Shown: in pieces, positions 16,559-25,961 of the stretch
Numbering within the stretch: position 1 is the first letter of the stretch
Layout of the letters: the number at the start of each line of letters is the position of its first letter
DNA from: a virus
Lineage: Duplodnaviria > Caudoviricetes
Length of the DNA stretch: 28,405 bases
Strand: one strand, 5' to 3'
IMG/VR virus record: IMGVR_UViG_3300010206_000039
Location: 1 to 28,405 of that record
The notes under the pieces: model-generated
Databases searched by the model: none
What the model was told of the DNA's origin: nothing
What the model saw: only the letters and a program-made list of their open reading frames with translations
Position numbers and translations under genes: made by a program

Positions 16559-18762
16559 CCGGCCTCCATCATGATGTTGCGGTTTCCGGCGAGAAGAAGG
16601 GAGAGGAATGTGTGGCGCTCGTCCACCATGCATTTGCTTGCGCAATTCCGAATCCCCCAACGGTCGCCCAGGATAATCGCGGACTTCTTGGCGCGAGTCA
16701 CGGCGGTATAGAGCAGGTTGCGATGATGCATGAAGCTATGGCTCTTGTGGATCAGGACAATGGCGCAGGGGAATTCAGAGCCCTGAGTCTTGTGAACCGT
16801 CAGCGCATAGGCCAATTGAATGTCGCCCACATTGGGCGATCCCTTTTCAATCTCCACAGCCATTCCATCGAAGTTGACCACAAGTGCGCCATTGGCACGC
16901 TGCTCCATGACATGGCCAATTGCGCCATTCATAACGCCGAGATCGTAATTGTTGCGGGTCTGAATAACCTTGTCGTGCGGATAGAACTTCGGTTTCCGTC
17001 CTTCAGGCACCGGCTCCACATCGACTCCCCAGAGTTTCTTCTGCACCAGTTTCTGCAATTGCAAATTGAGGGCCTTGGTGCCCAGAGGCCCGATGTGCGT
17101 CGGAGTTAAAACCTGCACGTCCTTGACGATATCAAAGCCGAGGAGTTCCAAACGATTCTGGAACAACTCATCGAGGAACGCCGATGCGTTCGCTGCCTCC
17201 GTGAACTGGTCCACCAGATACCATTCCCGGCGGCCAGCCAACGTGACCTCGCTGCTCTTGCGCACATCGCCAGTGAGGATTGCCGTACTATTCTCCTTGA
17301 GCACACCAGCCTGACGGACGACCTTGTTCAAAATCACCATCGGCACCACGCGACTCTGAATAAGATCGCGCAGTACATTGCCTGGTCCAACCGGTGGCAA
17401 CTGGTTATGATCGCCCACCAGCACAAGGGAGGTCTTGGAAAAGTCGATCGCCTGGAAAAGGCTCCAGCACAAAGACACGTCCACCATGGAGAATTCATCT
17501 ACCACAAGCACATCCGCTTCAATGGTGTTTTCCGCATTTCGGGCAAAAGTCTTGCCATCGTAGCCCAGAAGCCGATGCACTGTTACGCCTTCACGGCCAG
17601 AGATTTCCTCGAGACGCTTTGCGGCCTTGCCGGTAGGTGCCGAGAGTATGATCTCCAGATCCTTGGCCTCGCAGATTGCATTGATTGTCGAGACTGTATA
17701 GCTCTTTCCGGATCCAGCTCCACCCGAGATCATAGACACAGAATTTGCCAGAACCATCTGGACTGCTGCAAGCTGTTCTTCATTCAGCTTCTGACAGCAA
17801 CGCTCCACCAGGGCCTGGGATTCCTTAGTATCCTTGAAATGAGGATTCGGCTGCGATGCTCGATTGAACCGCTCCGCAAGTTCTTTCTCCTGCTCATGAA
17901 TGTGCTTGAATGCGACTAAGATGCGACCATGTCCAGAGGAACAACTGAAGCGCCCATTGTCGATCAGGGCATCCAGAGCCTTCTCGATACGTTCGCGGCT
18001 ATCCAGGGAATCCATGACCAGCAGCAAGTTCGACTGATCCACAAGCTCTTCATATTCCATCCAGCAATGCCCATTGTTCAGTGCTTCGGAAAGGCTGAAT
18101 TCAATTCCCGATTCCAGTCTGCCTGGATGATCCTTCGGGGTTCCCATTTTGCGGGCGATCTTGTCGATCTTCTTGAAGCCAAAGCCACGGACCTCCCTTG
18201 CGATCAGGTAGGGATTATCCTGCAGGATATCCATGCAAGAGGGGCCAAACTTTTCTTCCAGTGTCTTTGCCTGGTAATGCGTCAGTTCAAAGGAAGAAAG
18301 CCATGCCATCACAGCATTGCTTTTGCGGGACTTCAACCACTCCTGACGGAAGGCTTGTGCCTTCTCCAGACTGATCTGACCAATGGCCGCAACCTTGGCT
18401 GGATCTTCAACTAGGGTCTGTTCGAAGTCCGAACCTAAGGTCTCGACGATCTTGCGAGCCTTGGCCGGGCCGATCCCTTTGATCTCGGGATGGTTTCCCA
18501 AATAGTGGATAAGGCCCTCGGTGTCGAGAGCAATGTCATGAACCACGCAGTCCACTTTGAACTGCTTACCATATTTTGGATCCGTGATCCATTGACCTTC
18601 AAGGATTAGATCCTGCTGTTCTTGCGCATAGACGTTGCCTGCGAAGGAAACAATGTCGCCTTCGTGGTTGCGCAGCTTGCCAGCGGAAAACTTCGGACCG
18701 GCATAAAAGACCTTTTCTATTCTGCCCCGGAGCCTTGCGGGGGATTTTCGTTTTGATGACAC
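16555..18762 (-). CDS. recD2: RecD2-like SF1B helicase
   Basis: 735 aa; IKGIGP HhH, GGAGSGKS, APTGKAAKRL, VVDEFSM, GDHNQLPPVG, AYALTVHKTQGSEF, LLYTAVTRAK. Confidence 0.93.
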   Translation of the reverse strand: MSSKRKSPARLRGRIEKVFYAGPKFSAGKLRNHEGDIVSFAGNVYAQEQQDLILEGQWITDPKYGKQFKVDCVVHDIALDTEGLIHYLGNHPEIKGIGPAKARKIVETLGSDFEQTLVEDPAKVAAIGQISLEKAQAFRQEWLKSRKSNAVMAWLSSFELTHYQAKTLEEKFGPSCMDILQDNPYLIAREVRGFGFKKIDKIARKMGTPKDHPGRLESGIEFSLSEALNNGHCWMEYEELVDQSNLLLVMDSLDSRERIEKALDALIDNGRFSCSSGHGRILVAFKHIHEQEKELAERFNRASQPNPHFKDTKESQALVERCCQKLNEEQLAAVQMVLANSVSMISGGAGSGKSYTVSTINAICEAKDLEIILSAPTGKAAKRLEEISGREGVTVHRLLGYDGKTFARNAENTIEADVLVVDEFSMVDVSLCWSLFQAIDFSKTSLVLVGDHNQLPPVGPGNVLRDLIQSRVVPMVILNKVVRQAGVLKENSTAILTGDVRKSSEVTLAGRREWYLVDQFTEAANASAFLDELFQNRLELLGFDIVKDVQVLTPTHIGPLGTKALNLQLQKLVQKKLWGVDVEPVPEGRKPKFYPHDKVIQTRNNYDLGVMNGAIGHVMEQRANGALVVNFDGMAVEIEKGSPNVGDIQLAYALTVHKTQGSEFPCAIVLIHKSHSFMHHRNLLYTAVTRAKKSAIILGDRWGIRNCASKCMVDERHTFLSLLLAGNRNIMMEAG

Positions 18763-19190
18763 TCAGCAAATCTCCGGTGAAAGCGAATCAGAAGCTCCTC
18801 CACGAACCGGCAGCTTGCCTGGCGATCCGAGCAGAAGTACACGGGAATACCATAGTCGACGATAATGGAAAGGGCTGCCCCGACAACCGCGTGGGGATGG
18901 GCACCGCCTGCATAGCGACCTTCGAGAAGATCGCGCAAGTTGCCTTCCACCACGACGCATGCCATGGCATAGCCCTGCAACCGTTTCAGTTCCTCGCGGA
19001 ACCGGTCGCGGCTGCGGATAACAGTGCCCACAAAATCCTGGACCGACTTGCGTTCGATGGCCACCAGGCTCTCCAGGCCAACCACCGAGTAGTCTCCGGC
19101 ATCCAGTTTCTTGCGCAGGCTTGGAACAGAGAAGGAGTACCCCTCTTGCTCCCTGCTATCCACAGCGATGACGATTGCGGGACCAGCCAT
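18717..19190 (-). CDS. ERCC4 (XPF/Mus81-like) domain nuclease
   Basis: VDSREQ...LDAGDYS...IERKSVQDF motif. Confidence 0.9.
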   Translation of the reverse strand: MAGPAIVIAVDSREQEGYSFSVPSLRKKLDAGDYSVVGLESLVAIERKSVQDFVGTVIRSRDRFREELKRLQGYAMACVVVEGNLRDLLEGRYAGGAHPHAVVGAALSIIVDYGIPVYFCSDRQASCRFVEELLIRFHRRFAECHQNENPPQGSGAE

Positions 19191-19666
19191 CAGAAGTGCG
19201 GGAACTGGTCGTGGGCAGAACCAACAGTGAATCCATCATCCTCGATCTGGATCCGCCGGTTGAAGTAGATGTTCTCGTTCTCGCCCTTAGTGCGCTTGGT
19301 CACCTCGAGCTTCACGTTGAGCAGGCTTTCCAGATAGGAAGGAAGGTCGGAGAGCTTCTGCAGCTGAAGGCCACAGGTGTAGAGGTCCTGCTTCAGCCAC
19401 TTGATGTTCTCCTTGGTCGCCATCACATTATTGCGCCACATCAGGCGACCCTTGCAGGAGGGAGCGATGATGCGGAGAGTCCACTTGAGCATGGGATTGC
19501 CGGAGGTCTGAGACTTGGTGATCTCGACTCGGTCCACATTGACTTGATACTTGCCATCGGGAATGGCGTCGAATTCCTTTTCATCGACCTCGGCAGTGGC
19601 GAAGTCATCGTCGAACTGGGCCAGGTCGAGGTTGTTGTCATTCCAATCGTTGCCGTATTGATCCAT
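19190..19666 (-). CDS. DUF669-family protein (putative phage SSB)
   Basis: FDAIPDGKYQVNV...SGNPMLKWTLRI, acidic/aromatic tail; follows the Sak4-like gene. Confidence 0.8.
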   Translation of the reverse strand: MDQYGNDWNDNNLDLAQFDDDFATAEVDEKEFDAIPDGKYQVNVDRVEITKSQTSGNPMLKWTLRIIAPSCKGRLMWRNNVMATKENIKWLKQDLYTCGLQLQKLSDLPSYLESLLNVKLEVTKRTKGENENIYFNRRIQIEDDGFTVGSAHDQFPHF

Positions 19667-19678
19667 GATGGTTTCTCC

Positions 19679-20482
19679 TTAGCGCTTCTGCGCCATGGTG
19701 GTGGGTTTGCTGGTTGCTTGTGCAGGGGCCGATGCGGCAGTCGCTGCAGCCTGGGGAGCCGAAGCAGGCAGGCTGGACGGAGCGGTCGTGGCTGCGTTCA
19801 AGGACTTCTCGAAAGCCTGGAAGTCCAGGGGGAGCACTTCGGGAAGCTTTCCGGTGCGATCGCCCGCATCGTAATTGGGGCTTGGCTTGGTGCGCATGAC
19901 ACGAGTCCATACGGGCTTTCCGTCTTCGCCAGTCTTCATCTCCAGATCGCAGAAGAGAATCATGTCCACAAGACCGGTGACGACCTTGCGTACCTTCTCG
20001 GGAAGGGTCGGCACAATGCGAGTATGCGAACCTGTGCGTGTCTCGATATCGCGTTCCTGGCTGTGCGAGATGAGGATCAGGCCATAAGGCAAGAATGCGA
20101 GCTTGTTAAGCACGCGCTGGAACTCATTGTTGATCAGAGCATAGCCCTTGCCGTAGCCCAGATCGGATTCATGCTCGATCTTGAACTTCTTGCACACATA
20201 GTCCGAACACATGCGGTAGGCATTGTCCACGGTATCGATCACGATGGTCTTGAAGTCGTGCTTGCCTTCGGCGATCTCCTGACATGCCTGGAGCATCTCA
20301 TCCCAGGTGGTGATGTTGACCTGGAACACCTCGAGGGCGTTCAATCCTGGCTCGGTTGCCAGGAACAGGGTGTTGTGGGCTTGCGAGCACCAGGTGCTCT
20401 TGCCGATCTTGCTCGGACCATAAACCAGTGCGGTCAGGTCGAAAAGGGATGCCTTGGGCTTCGTCTTGCTGGTAGGAAGCAT
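19679..20482 (-). CDS. Sak4-like (AAA_24) ATPase / single-strand annealing recombinase
   Basis: YGPSKIGKST, LATEPG, TIVIDTVD, YGKGY, LISH. Confidence 0.88.
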   Translation of the reverse strand: MLPTSKTKPKASLFDLTALVYGPSKIGKSTWCSQAHNTLFLATEPGLNALEVFQVNITTWDEMLQACQEIAEGKHDFKTIVIDTVDNAYRMCSDYVCKKFKIEHESDLGYGKGYALINNEFQRVLNKLAFLPYGLILISHSQERDIETRTGSHTRIVPTLPEKVRKVVTGLVDMILFCDLEMKTGEDGKPVWTRVMRTKPSPNYDAGDRTGKLPEVLPLDFQAFEKSLNAATTAPSSLPASAPQAAATAASAPAQATSKPTTMAQKR

Positions 20483-20505
20483 TGCTTACTCCTTGATGTT
20501 TGGTT

Positions 20506-21522
20506 TCAGAATTGGGGAATGGTTTCTTGCTCTGCTTCGCGGAGTTCCTCGTGGGGAGCGACCTTCTGGTAGAGGTTCTCGATCACGTTGGGATTTCCTC
20601 CCGAACTGCAAAGCGGGAAATAGGCGCAGGGCTTGTTATACTGGAAGCAATAGCTGGTATTGGGGTAGAAAGCCTTGCGGCGACGGGCATCAAGCAACGC
20701 CTGGGACAATTCCCAGAGTTCGCTCTTGAGTTCGACAAACTGATCGCGGGAGATGTAGAGCACCTCGCGATGGAACATGCCGGGTTCCTTGTACTTTTCC
20801 GCCAGGCGCGATTGGAATTCTTCGTCGGTCTCGGGCATCTTGCGTTTGGCGCTACTCTTGCCGGTCTTGGATTTGGCAATTAGTTCTGCCAGGCGCTCCT
20901 GGTATTCTTCTTCCGCCTCGCCCTTGGATTGGCGAAGCTTCGCTTTCACAAGCACGTTGTAGATGATGCCGGAGATGCGGATGCCCATGGTCTGTTCCAG
21001 GTAACCCGCATAGAGAATGATTTGGAAATCAGTCCACAGTCGTTCGAGGTAGCTCGCATCGATCTGCGATGCCGTCTTGTGTTCCAGAAGGAAGTATTCT
21101 TCGCCCTGCTTCACGATGCCATCGACCTTTCCAGCCAGAACAAAACTGCGCGAGGCTGCGCAGGTCTCGGGATTGACAATGGGGCCTTCAAACGATTTCT
21201 CAAGCGCTACGATCTCGAATTCTTCTTTCGGATACTGGGCCGCATACGACATCATCATCGCTCTAGCGAGATTCCAGTTATCCTTCTGCCGCTCCTCCTG
21301 GAGTCGATCGGGAAAGGCTGCATCGATGATGTCGAGCACCTGGACGAGATCACCAGTGCCATGCCATTTTTCAAGAGCCGAATGGATAGTGGATCCGAAG
21401 GACAGGCTGCCATCGCGTTCCAATGGCACCAGCTCGTCGAAGTACCGGAGCTCGCAAGCCTTGCGGCAATTGCGGAAAAGCCGCCACATGGAATAGGTTG
21501 TGGTCATGAGTGGGTTGCTCAT
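20506..21522 (-). CDS. PD-(D/E)XK exonuclease, Cas4/AddB-like
   Basis: GSTIH, LE, GKVDG, EHKT, QIILY; N-terminal Cys plus C-terminal CFQYNKPCAYFPLC. Confidence 0.88.
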   Translation of the reverse strand: MSNPLMTTTYSMWRLFRNCRKACELRYFDELVPLERDGSLSFGSTIHSALEKWHGTGDLVQVLDIIDAAFPDRLQEERQKDNWNLARAMMMSYAAQYPKEEFEIVALEKSFEGPIVNPETCAASRSFVLAGKVDGIVKQGEEYFLLEHKTASQIDASYLERLWTDFQIILYAGYLEQTMGIRISGIIYNVLVKAKLRQSKGEAEEEYQERLAELIAKSKTGKSSAKRKMPETDEEFQSRLAEKYKEPGMFHREVLYISRDQFVELKSELWELSQALLDARRRKAFYPNTSYCFQYNKPCAYFPLCSSGGNPNVIENLYQKVAPHEELREAEQETIPQF

Positions 21523-21839
21523 TGATGAACCTCCTCGAGATCACGGGTATTGGCAGTGCGGAATACGGCAGCATCGCTGACGTCGATCTGTACTGCTCCT
21601 TCGCCATACTCGCGGGTCGCGTAGCCAGTGAAGATGCGGGCCAGCTGCAGGCCAACTTCGTTGGAGCAGTCAATGCGGCAGCGGCGGTGCTTGCGGTCGA
21701 ATTCAAACCGAGCGTCCATGCGGACTCTGGAATGGCCAAATACGCTTTCCACGGCGATCAGGGAAAGCATGAGCGTATCCTCGAGCTCCTGCACGGGAAT
21801 GGCTGTATCGAAGCGATACTCGTAGGTCTGTGTAGACAT
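21519..21839 (-). CDS. Hypothetical protein (106 aa)
   Basis: AAGGAG RBS; ATGA overlap with the next gene. Confidence 0.8.
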   Translation of the reverse strand: MSTQTYEYRFDTAIPVQELEDTLMLSLIAVESVFGHSRVRMDARFEFDRKHRRCRIDCSNEVGLQLARIFTGYATREYGEGAVQIDVSDAAVFRTANTRDLEEVHQ

Positions 21840-21868
21840 CCTATTCTCCTTTGGTTTCTGTTTTTTCC

Positions 21869-22504
21869 TCAGGCCCGAGGGTTCCTTGGTTTCATACCGG
21901 AAGACTTGCGCGGATGACGCGAGGTCACGTATTCCTGCATTCCAGCAGCGCTGAAATGATTGCGGATGGTCCTCAGCTTGGAATACAGGGTGGTCCTGGG
22001 CATGTCGAGCTGCTGAGCCACATCCGTTAGGGAATGGCCCTTCAACAGCTGGCAGATTTCCTGGAGATCTTCGGGCAGGCTTTCCATCGCCTTCTTAAAG
22101 TCGATGGCGAAGGAGTAGGTATCCTCGATGGATTCACCATCGTCATCCAAGCCGATCGTTGGGCTTCGGACGAGATCCATGAATTCGTAGAACTCACCCT
22201 CGTTGTTGCTCAATGGCTCGTTCAAGGAATCCTGGCAACGTTTCCAATCACGGCAGGATGCGTTCCTGGCTTCCAGAATGGTTGCGATCCGGTGCTCAAC
22301 AATCCGACTCACGAAAGTGCTCATCTTGGCGATGGTTGGATTGAAGCGGGGCAGCCGCTGGAGAAGGTCGGCCACCAGCTCCTGCTCGAGATCGGGCATG
22401 TCAGAGAATGAGTACCCGGCGGTACCCACCATTTGCCTTGCCTTGTGTTTGATCAGTCGTGCGGCGTATTCATCGATTCCCCGGTATGTATTTCCTGTGT
22501 GCAT
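21869..22504 (-). CDS. Phage-encoded sigma-70 family (ECF-like) sigma factor
   Basis: Region 2-like DLEQELVADLLQRLPRFNP...STFVSRIVEHRI; region 4 LPEDLQEICQLLKGHSLTDVAQQLDMPRTTLYSKL. Confidence 0.85.
   Translation of the reverse strand: MHTGNTYRGIDEYAARLIKHKARQMVGTAGYSFSDMPDLEQELVADLLQRLPRFNPTIAKMSTFVSRIVEHRIATILEARNASCRDWKRCQDSLNEPLSNNEGEFYEFMDLVRSPTIGLDDDGESIEDTYSFAIDFKKAMESLPEDLQEICQLLKGHSLTDVAQQLDMPRTTLYSKLRTIRNHFSAAGMQEYVTSRHPRKSSGMKPRNPRA
21895..21919 (-). promoter_or_regulatory. Motif A upstream of the replication operon
   Basis: Minus strand CGTCA tccgcgcaagtctt CCGGTA, inside the last codons of the sigma gene. Confidence 0.7.
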
Positions 22505-22588
22505 TGTCGAGTCCCATGGTCAGGCCGGGAGTGCTTGACGGCGGGAGCTCTGCACCGGCGATCAGTTTTTGAACCGTCGCCATGCACC

Positions 22589-22720
22589 GGTGAATTTTCG
22601 CTGAGGACTCATTGGGGACTGGTGAATTCACCGGTGAAAACACCGAAAACAGCGATTCTGCTCTAAAATCGCAGGAAATATTTCGCAACTTTTTTCTGGG
22701 GGACCTGGTGAATTTTCACC
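22589..22720. repeat. GGTGAA...CACC palindromic repeats upstream of the sigma gene (putative operators)
   Basis: GGTGAATTTT 22589, GGTGAATTCACC 22621, GGTGAAAACACC 22633, GGTGAATTTTCACC 22707. Confidence 0.6.
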
Positions 22721-22756
22721 AAAACGAAAAAAGCCCCGGCTGGTGGGCCGAGGCTT
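22721..22756 (-). terminator. Intrinsic terminator upstream of the sigma control region
   Basis: Minus strand AAGCCTCGGC-ccacca-GCCGGGGCTT followed by TTTTCGTTTT. Confidence 0.75.
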
Positions 22757-22831
22757 GATGATTGATGGGTTATTGAACTACGTTATAAGAATCATTGATT
22801 GAGATTGATGTCTAAACACCGTAGAGAAGAA

Positions 22832-23539
22832 ATGTCCATCATTTATGCTTTTGTAAAGATTTTCAACAAAATGGAATATGCGGAATCATTTCTGCGTGGA
22901 AAGCTCTATTTGAACACACTCAGATACTACAAAAACTATTGTGATGAAGTTGGCGAGTCTAGAGGCGATTTGTATGAGGGGGCTGTTGCTATTTTCCAAC
23001 CCAATCTCATCGGAGAAGTTCGCATAGGAAGCATCGAAATTAAAGGAAGTGATATTTCATCACCAATAGTAATTTCTGACAACGAGGAATTGTCCAAACA
23101 TGCTTTCTGTATTTATTCACTCAATAGTTCAGGAATGGATCAAATTTCAAGAGAATCATTGGATGATTTCAAAGAAATGATTCAAATTCATCACTCTAAT
23201 TATGGATTGGGTAATATCTGCGTAGTGATCACAAGAGCGCAACAATTCATTGATAGATGTAAGCAAGCGTTGCAAAAAATGAATTTTGAGGCGACGTTGG
23301 CACCTGTTAACTATTATAATGACTCATCCATACATGGAAAAATTCCCGGTTCACACCATGGATATCAAAAGCGAGTCAAATTCATAAAACAAAGAGAGTA
23401 CAGGATTTTACTGAAAGCAAATCCTGCGACGAACGACTCACTTACTTTAGACATAGGCGATATCAGCGACATTGCTCTTATTTCCGAAACGGAAAAATTC
23501 AATGATCTGCTAAAGCTAGACCTGCCTTGTTCTGACTAA
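22832..23539 (+). CDS. AT-rich accessory hypothetical protein
   Basis: Opposite orientation and low GC; motifs GKLYLNTLRYY, RGDLYEG, VNYY, KRVKFIKQREYR; start uncertain (22799/22808/22832). Confidence 0.8.
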   Translation: MSIIYAFVKIFNKMEYAESFLRGKLYLNTLRYYKNYCDEVGESRGDLYEGAVAIFQPNLIGEVRIGSIEIKGSDISSPIVISDNEELSKHAFCIYSLNSSGMDQISRESLDDFKEMIQIHHSNYGLGNICVVITRAQQFIDRCKQALQKMNFEATLAPVNYYNDSSIHGKIPGSHHGYQKRVKFIKQREYRILLKANPATNDSLTLDIGDISDIALISETEKFNDLLKLDLPCSD

Positions 23540-23549
23540 ATAATTGCGT

Positions 23550-24668
23550 TTAATCGAATTCATCATCATCCTCCATTTCTCGAAGGTAGGAGTCGCTTTC
23601 CATGCCTAGGCTTGAATAGGACGTTTTACGTTCCGTTTTCCGATTTGGAACAATCATGAATGAGCAGACATACTCTCCTCGTTCGTTTCGAATCGGCTCC
23701 TCGTCCAGCCCAAAGAATCTTTTCAAATGCTCTGACAGAAGTTGCTTCTGCTTCTTCAACCGACCCTCACCTTTGATCCCCTGGAATTGGATTCTTCCTT
23801 CCAATCTTGAAAATGATGCAAGCAATACCCACTGGGCATTGAACTGAATAATTCCAGTCTTCTTGTTGTTCTTCATTCCCATCTCAGCGTAGGAGTATCT
23901 TGTGACCTTAACCTTTGGTGCAGATACAAGAACCTCATCGTCATTTGCAAATTCGATCCGGATACTACCCCATGAACAACCCTCTGGAGTCGGAAACTTC
24001 GCGCTTGGTCTGTATTCAAGCGCAGGTTCTTTCACGCTACCGTTTGCTCTTGCGACGATCCCATTAGCAGTGACATCAACAAGGTCTCGAAGGATTTTCA
24101 ACTCCCCTCCAAGCTTTGCAACTTGGTTTTCGAAGCCTGGTGAGTGAGCCTTGGGATTTGCGAGCAACAGCACAAAAGGTTTTCCACTAGCATCCGTCTG
24201 GATGTCCGATAGGCAGGCTTTCAGGTGCCTGCCCTCGTAGCAATACGCCACATAATAGGGACGAGGGGCTTCTGTTGCCTGAGTCGACTTGCCAATCCGA
24301 ATTAGCCTGCTGTTATCCGGGAAGTCCGAGAACTCATCATTTAGCGATAGCGCCCGAGCCAAATGCTTGTGAAGCGTTTTGGCATGGATCTCGTATTGCA
24401 GAATGCTTTCGCGAGTGACCTCGAATGGTTTCCTGTAGCCCTTGGGACAAACTGCGCGGAACTTACCACCAACGTCCTGGACTTCGGCATAGCATCCTTC
24501 CATACAGTTATCGCTACCACAAGGTATCGCTAAAGCTGGACCTCGAGGTACGAATAGGCCTTTATATGTTTTGCCTAGACCATCGATGTAGGGATGCCAA
24601 TCTTGCTTGAGGCCTTTCGTTCCATGGGCTGAAATCCGGAGCCAGAGGGCAGATGCATCATTCCTCAT
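23550..24668 (-). CDS. Hypothetical protein with Cys cluster and possible C-terminal winged-helix
   Basis: 372 aa; CGSDNCMEGC...VC near the N-terminus; LKKQKQLLSEHLKRFFGLDEEPI...GEY resembles an OmpR-type wHTH end. Confidence 0.75.
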   Translation of the reverse strand: MRNDASALWLRISAHGTKGLKQDWHPYIDGLGKTYKGLFVPRGPALAIPCGSDNCMEGCYAEVQDVGGKFRAVCPKGYRKPFEVTRESILQYEIHAKTLHKHLARALSLNDEFSDFPDNSRLIRIGKSTQATEAPRPYYVAYCYEGRHLKACLSDIQTDASGKPFVLLLANPKAHSPGFENQVAKLGGELKILRDLVDVTANGIVARANGSVKEPALEYRPSAKFPTPEGCSWGSIRIEFANDDEVLVSAPKVKVTRYSYAEMGMKNNKKTGIIQFNAQWVLLASFSRLEGRIQFQGIKGEGRLKKQKQLLSEHLKRFFGLDEEPIRNERGEYVCSFMIVPNRKTERKTSYSSLGMESDSYLREMEDDDEFD

Positions 24669-25824
24669 CGGCTATTTCCTCGCAAATAAACCCTCTGGCA
24701 GCAAGCCAACGATCAAACAATGCACGATCCTGATCGTTGCGCACCTCTTCCTTGTTGTCGCTCCCAATCTTCAGGAGCTTCGGGCGTGGTGAGTTTTTCA
24801 ATTTGATCGCGAAGGACGCTTTTCGAATCTCACCCTCCGGAATCGTTTCGTCTGCCAATTCAAGGACGGAGAATAGGTCCGTGGCCTTGCGGATGTCCCA
24901 AAGTTGCTGGCCTCCCGAGCTTCTTAGAATCTGCACTTCACGCAGAACCACATATTCGATCTCAGCAAAATCAGCACAGGCCAAAGAATCTTTGCCCAGT
25001 TCCCGCAATGGAGAAAAATCGAAACGGGAGCTGCGGCCGAAAAATTCAGGCGAACCAAAGATGTACTTCCCAATCTGTGCCAGATACAATTCCTGGAGCC
25101 ACTTCTGCTTGGGCGTCATGCGCAGGGCTCCGCTCGCCGTCTCATAAATCAACAGGTCGTGCGTTTCTGGTCTATAGAAAACACTTGTTGATTTTCCTTC
25201 ATGGATTGCTGCTTGCCGTGAGAATTGCTCGCCATGCCGAACCGTGATGACAACGCACGAGCTGAGTTGCTTGATCGCGACCACTGAAGAACCGCCTCGG
25301 CGCTTCTCTGTGAAGCCAAGATCCAATGCCTTTTCAAGATCGGCCAGCATACTTTCAGAGGGCATCTTGAATTCATAATTATCCAGATCTACTTCAGCCA
25401 TGAAATACTGGAATGACTTGGTGCTGGAGAAAAGATCGGTGGCATGCACCTCATTTAGCAAAGCGGGCTCATTCAGGTAGATTGCGATGGCAAAGTCCGC
25501 GTTTGTCGCTTTTGCATCAATAGTAGGAGCCCATGGCTTTTCCTTGGTGAGCTCCTGCATATGGTCAAACAAGACCTCGTCCTGTTTGGCCAGTTCGCCG
25601 ACCTGGAACAGGGCATTCTGGAAGTATTCATCCATTCCTTCCGGGTCCGTAAGGATTGAGCTGATTCGCTCGTAATCCAGTTCTTCCGGTTTATCCGGAA
25701 GGTTATAGTCCTTCGCTTGAAGGAAGGTCTTGCCCAATTGCAGGAACTTCAGGAACAACTCAGGTTCCACCTCCCTCAATGAGCTTGGTTTTGAAAAGAA
25801 TCTCGCATTTAGTGTTTTAGCCAT
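24658..25824 (-). CDS. Hypothetical protein (388 aa)
   Basis: Long ORF with GGAGG RBS; overlaps the 372-aa gene by 11 nt. Confidence 0.82.
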   Translation of the reverse strand: MAKTLNARFFSKPSSLREVEPELFLKFLQLGKTFLQAKDYNLPDKPEELDYERISSILTDPEGMDEYFQNALFQVGELAKQDEVLFDHMQELTKEKPWAPTIDAKATNADFAIAIYLNEPALLNEVHATDLFSSTKSFQYFMAEVDLDNYEFKMPSESMLADLEKALDLGFTEKRRGGSSVVAIKQLSSCVVITVRHGEQFSRQAAIHEGKSTSVFYRPETHDLLIYETASGALRMTPKQKWLQELYLAQIGKYIFGSPEFFGRSSRFDFSPLRELGKDSLACADFAEIEYVVLREVQILRSSGGQQLWDIRKATDLFSVLELADETIPEGEIRKASFAIKLKNSPRPKLLKIGSDNKEEVRNDQDRALFDRWLAARGFICEEIADEE

Positions 25825-25961
25825 CCCATATCCTCCGATCCATTCTTAGTCCATTTTTTTCCTTGCCTATCATTGTCGGAGGAGTCCATCCCCTCCAATT
25901 TTGATTAAATGCGGCACATTTGGGCAGCTCGCAAAGATAGCCAACTTCTCGTGACAATTTC

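Noticed and set aside
16559-16660. Track's N-terminal extension of the primase
   Set aside because: Overlaps recD2; ATG 16558 has a GGAGG RBS and ATGA coupling
19175-20572. 465-aa + strand ORF
   Set aside because: Antisense shadow of the DUF669 and Sak4-like genes
20506-21522. Cas4-like nuclease as evidence of CRISPR-Cas
   Set aside because: No array or other cas genes; normal phage recombination context
2233-22486. Other CCGGTA/TACCGG hexamers (2233, 7220, 9897, 10141, 14706, 17630, 21443, 22481)
   Set aside because: They lack CGWCA at 14-nt spacing
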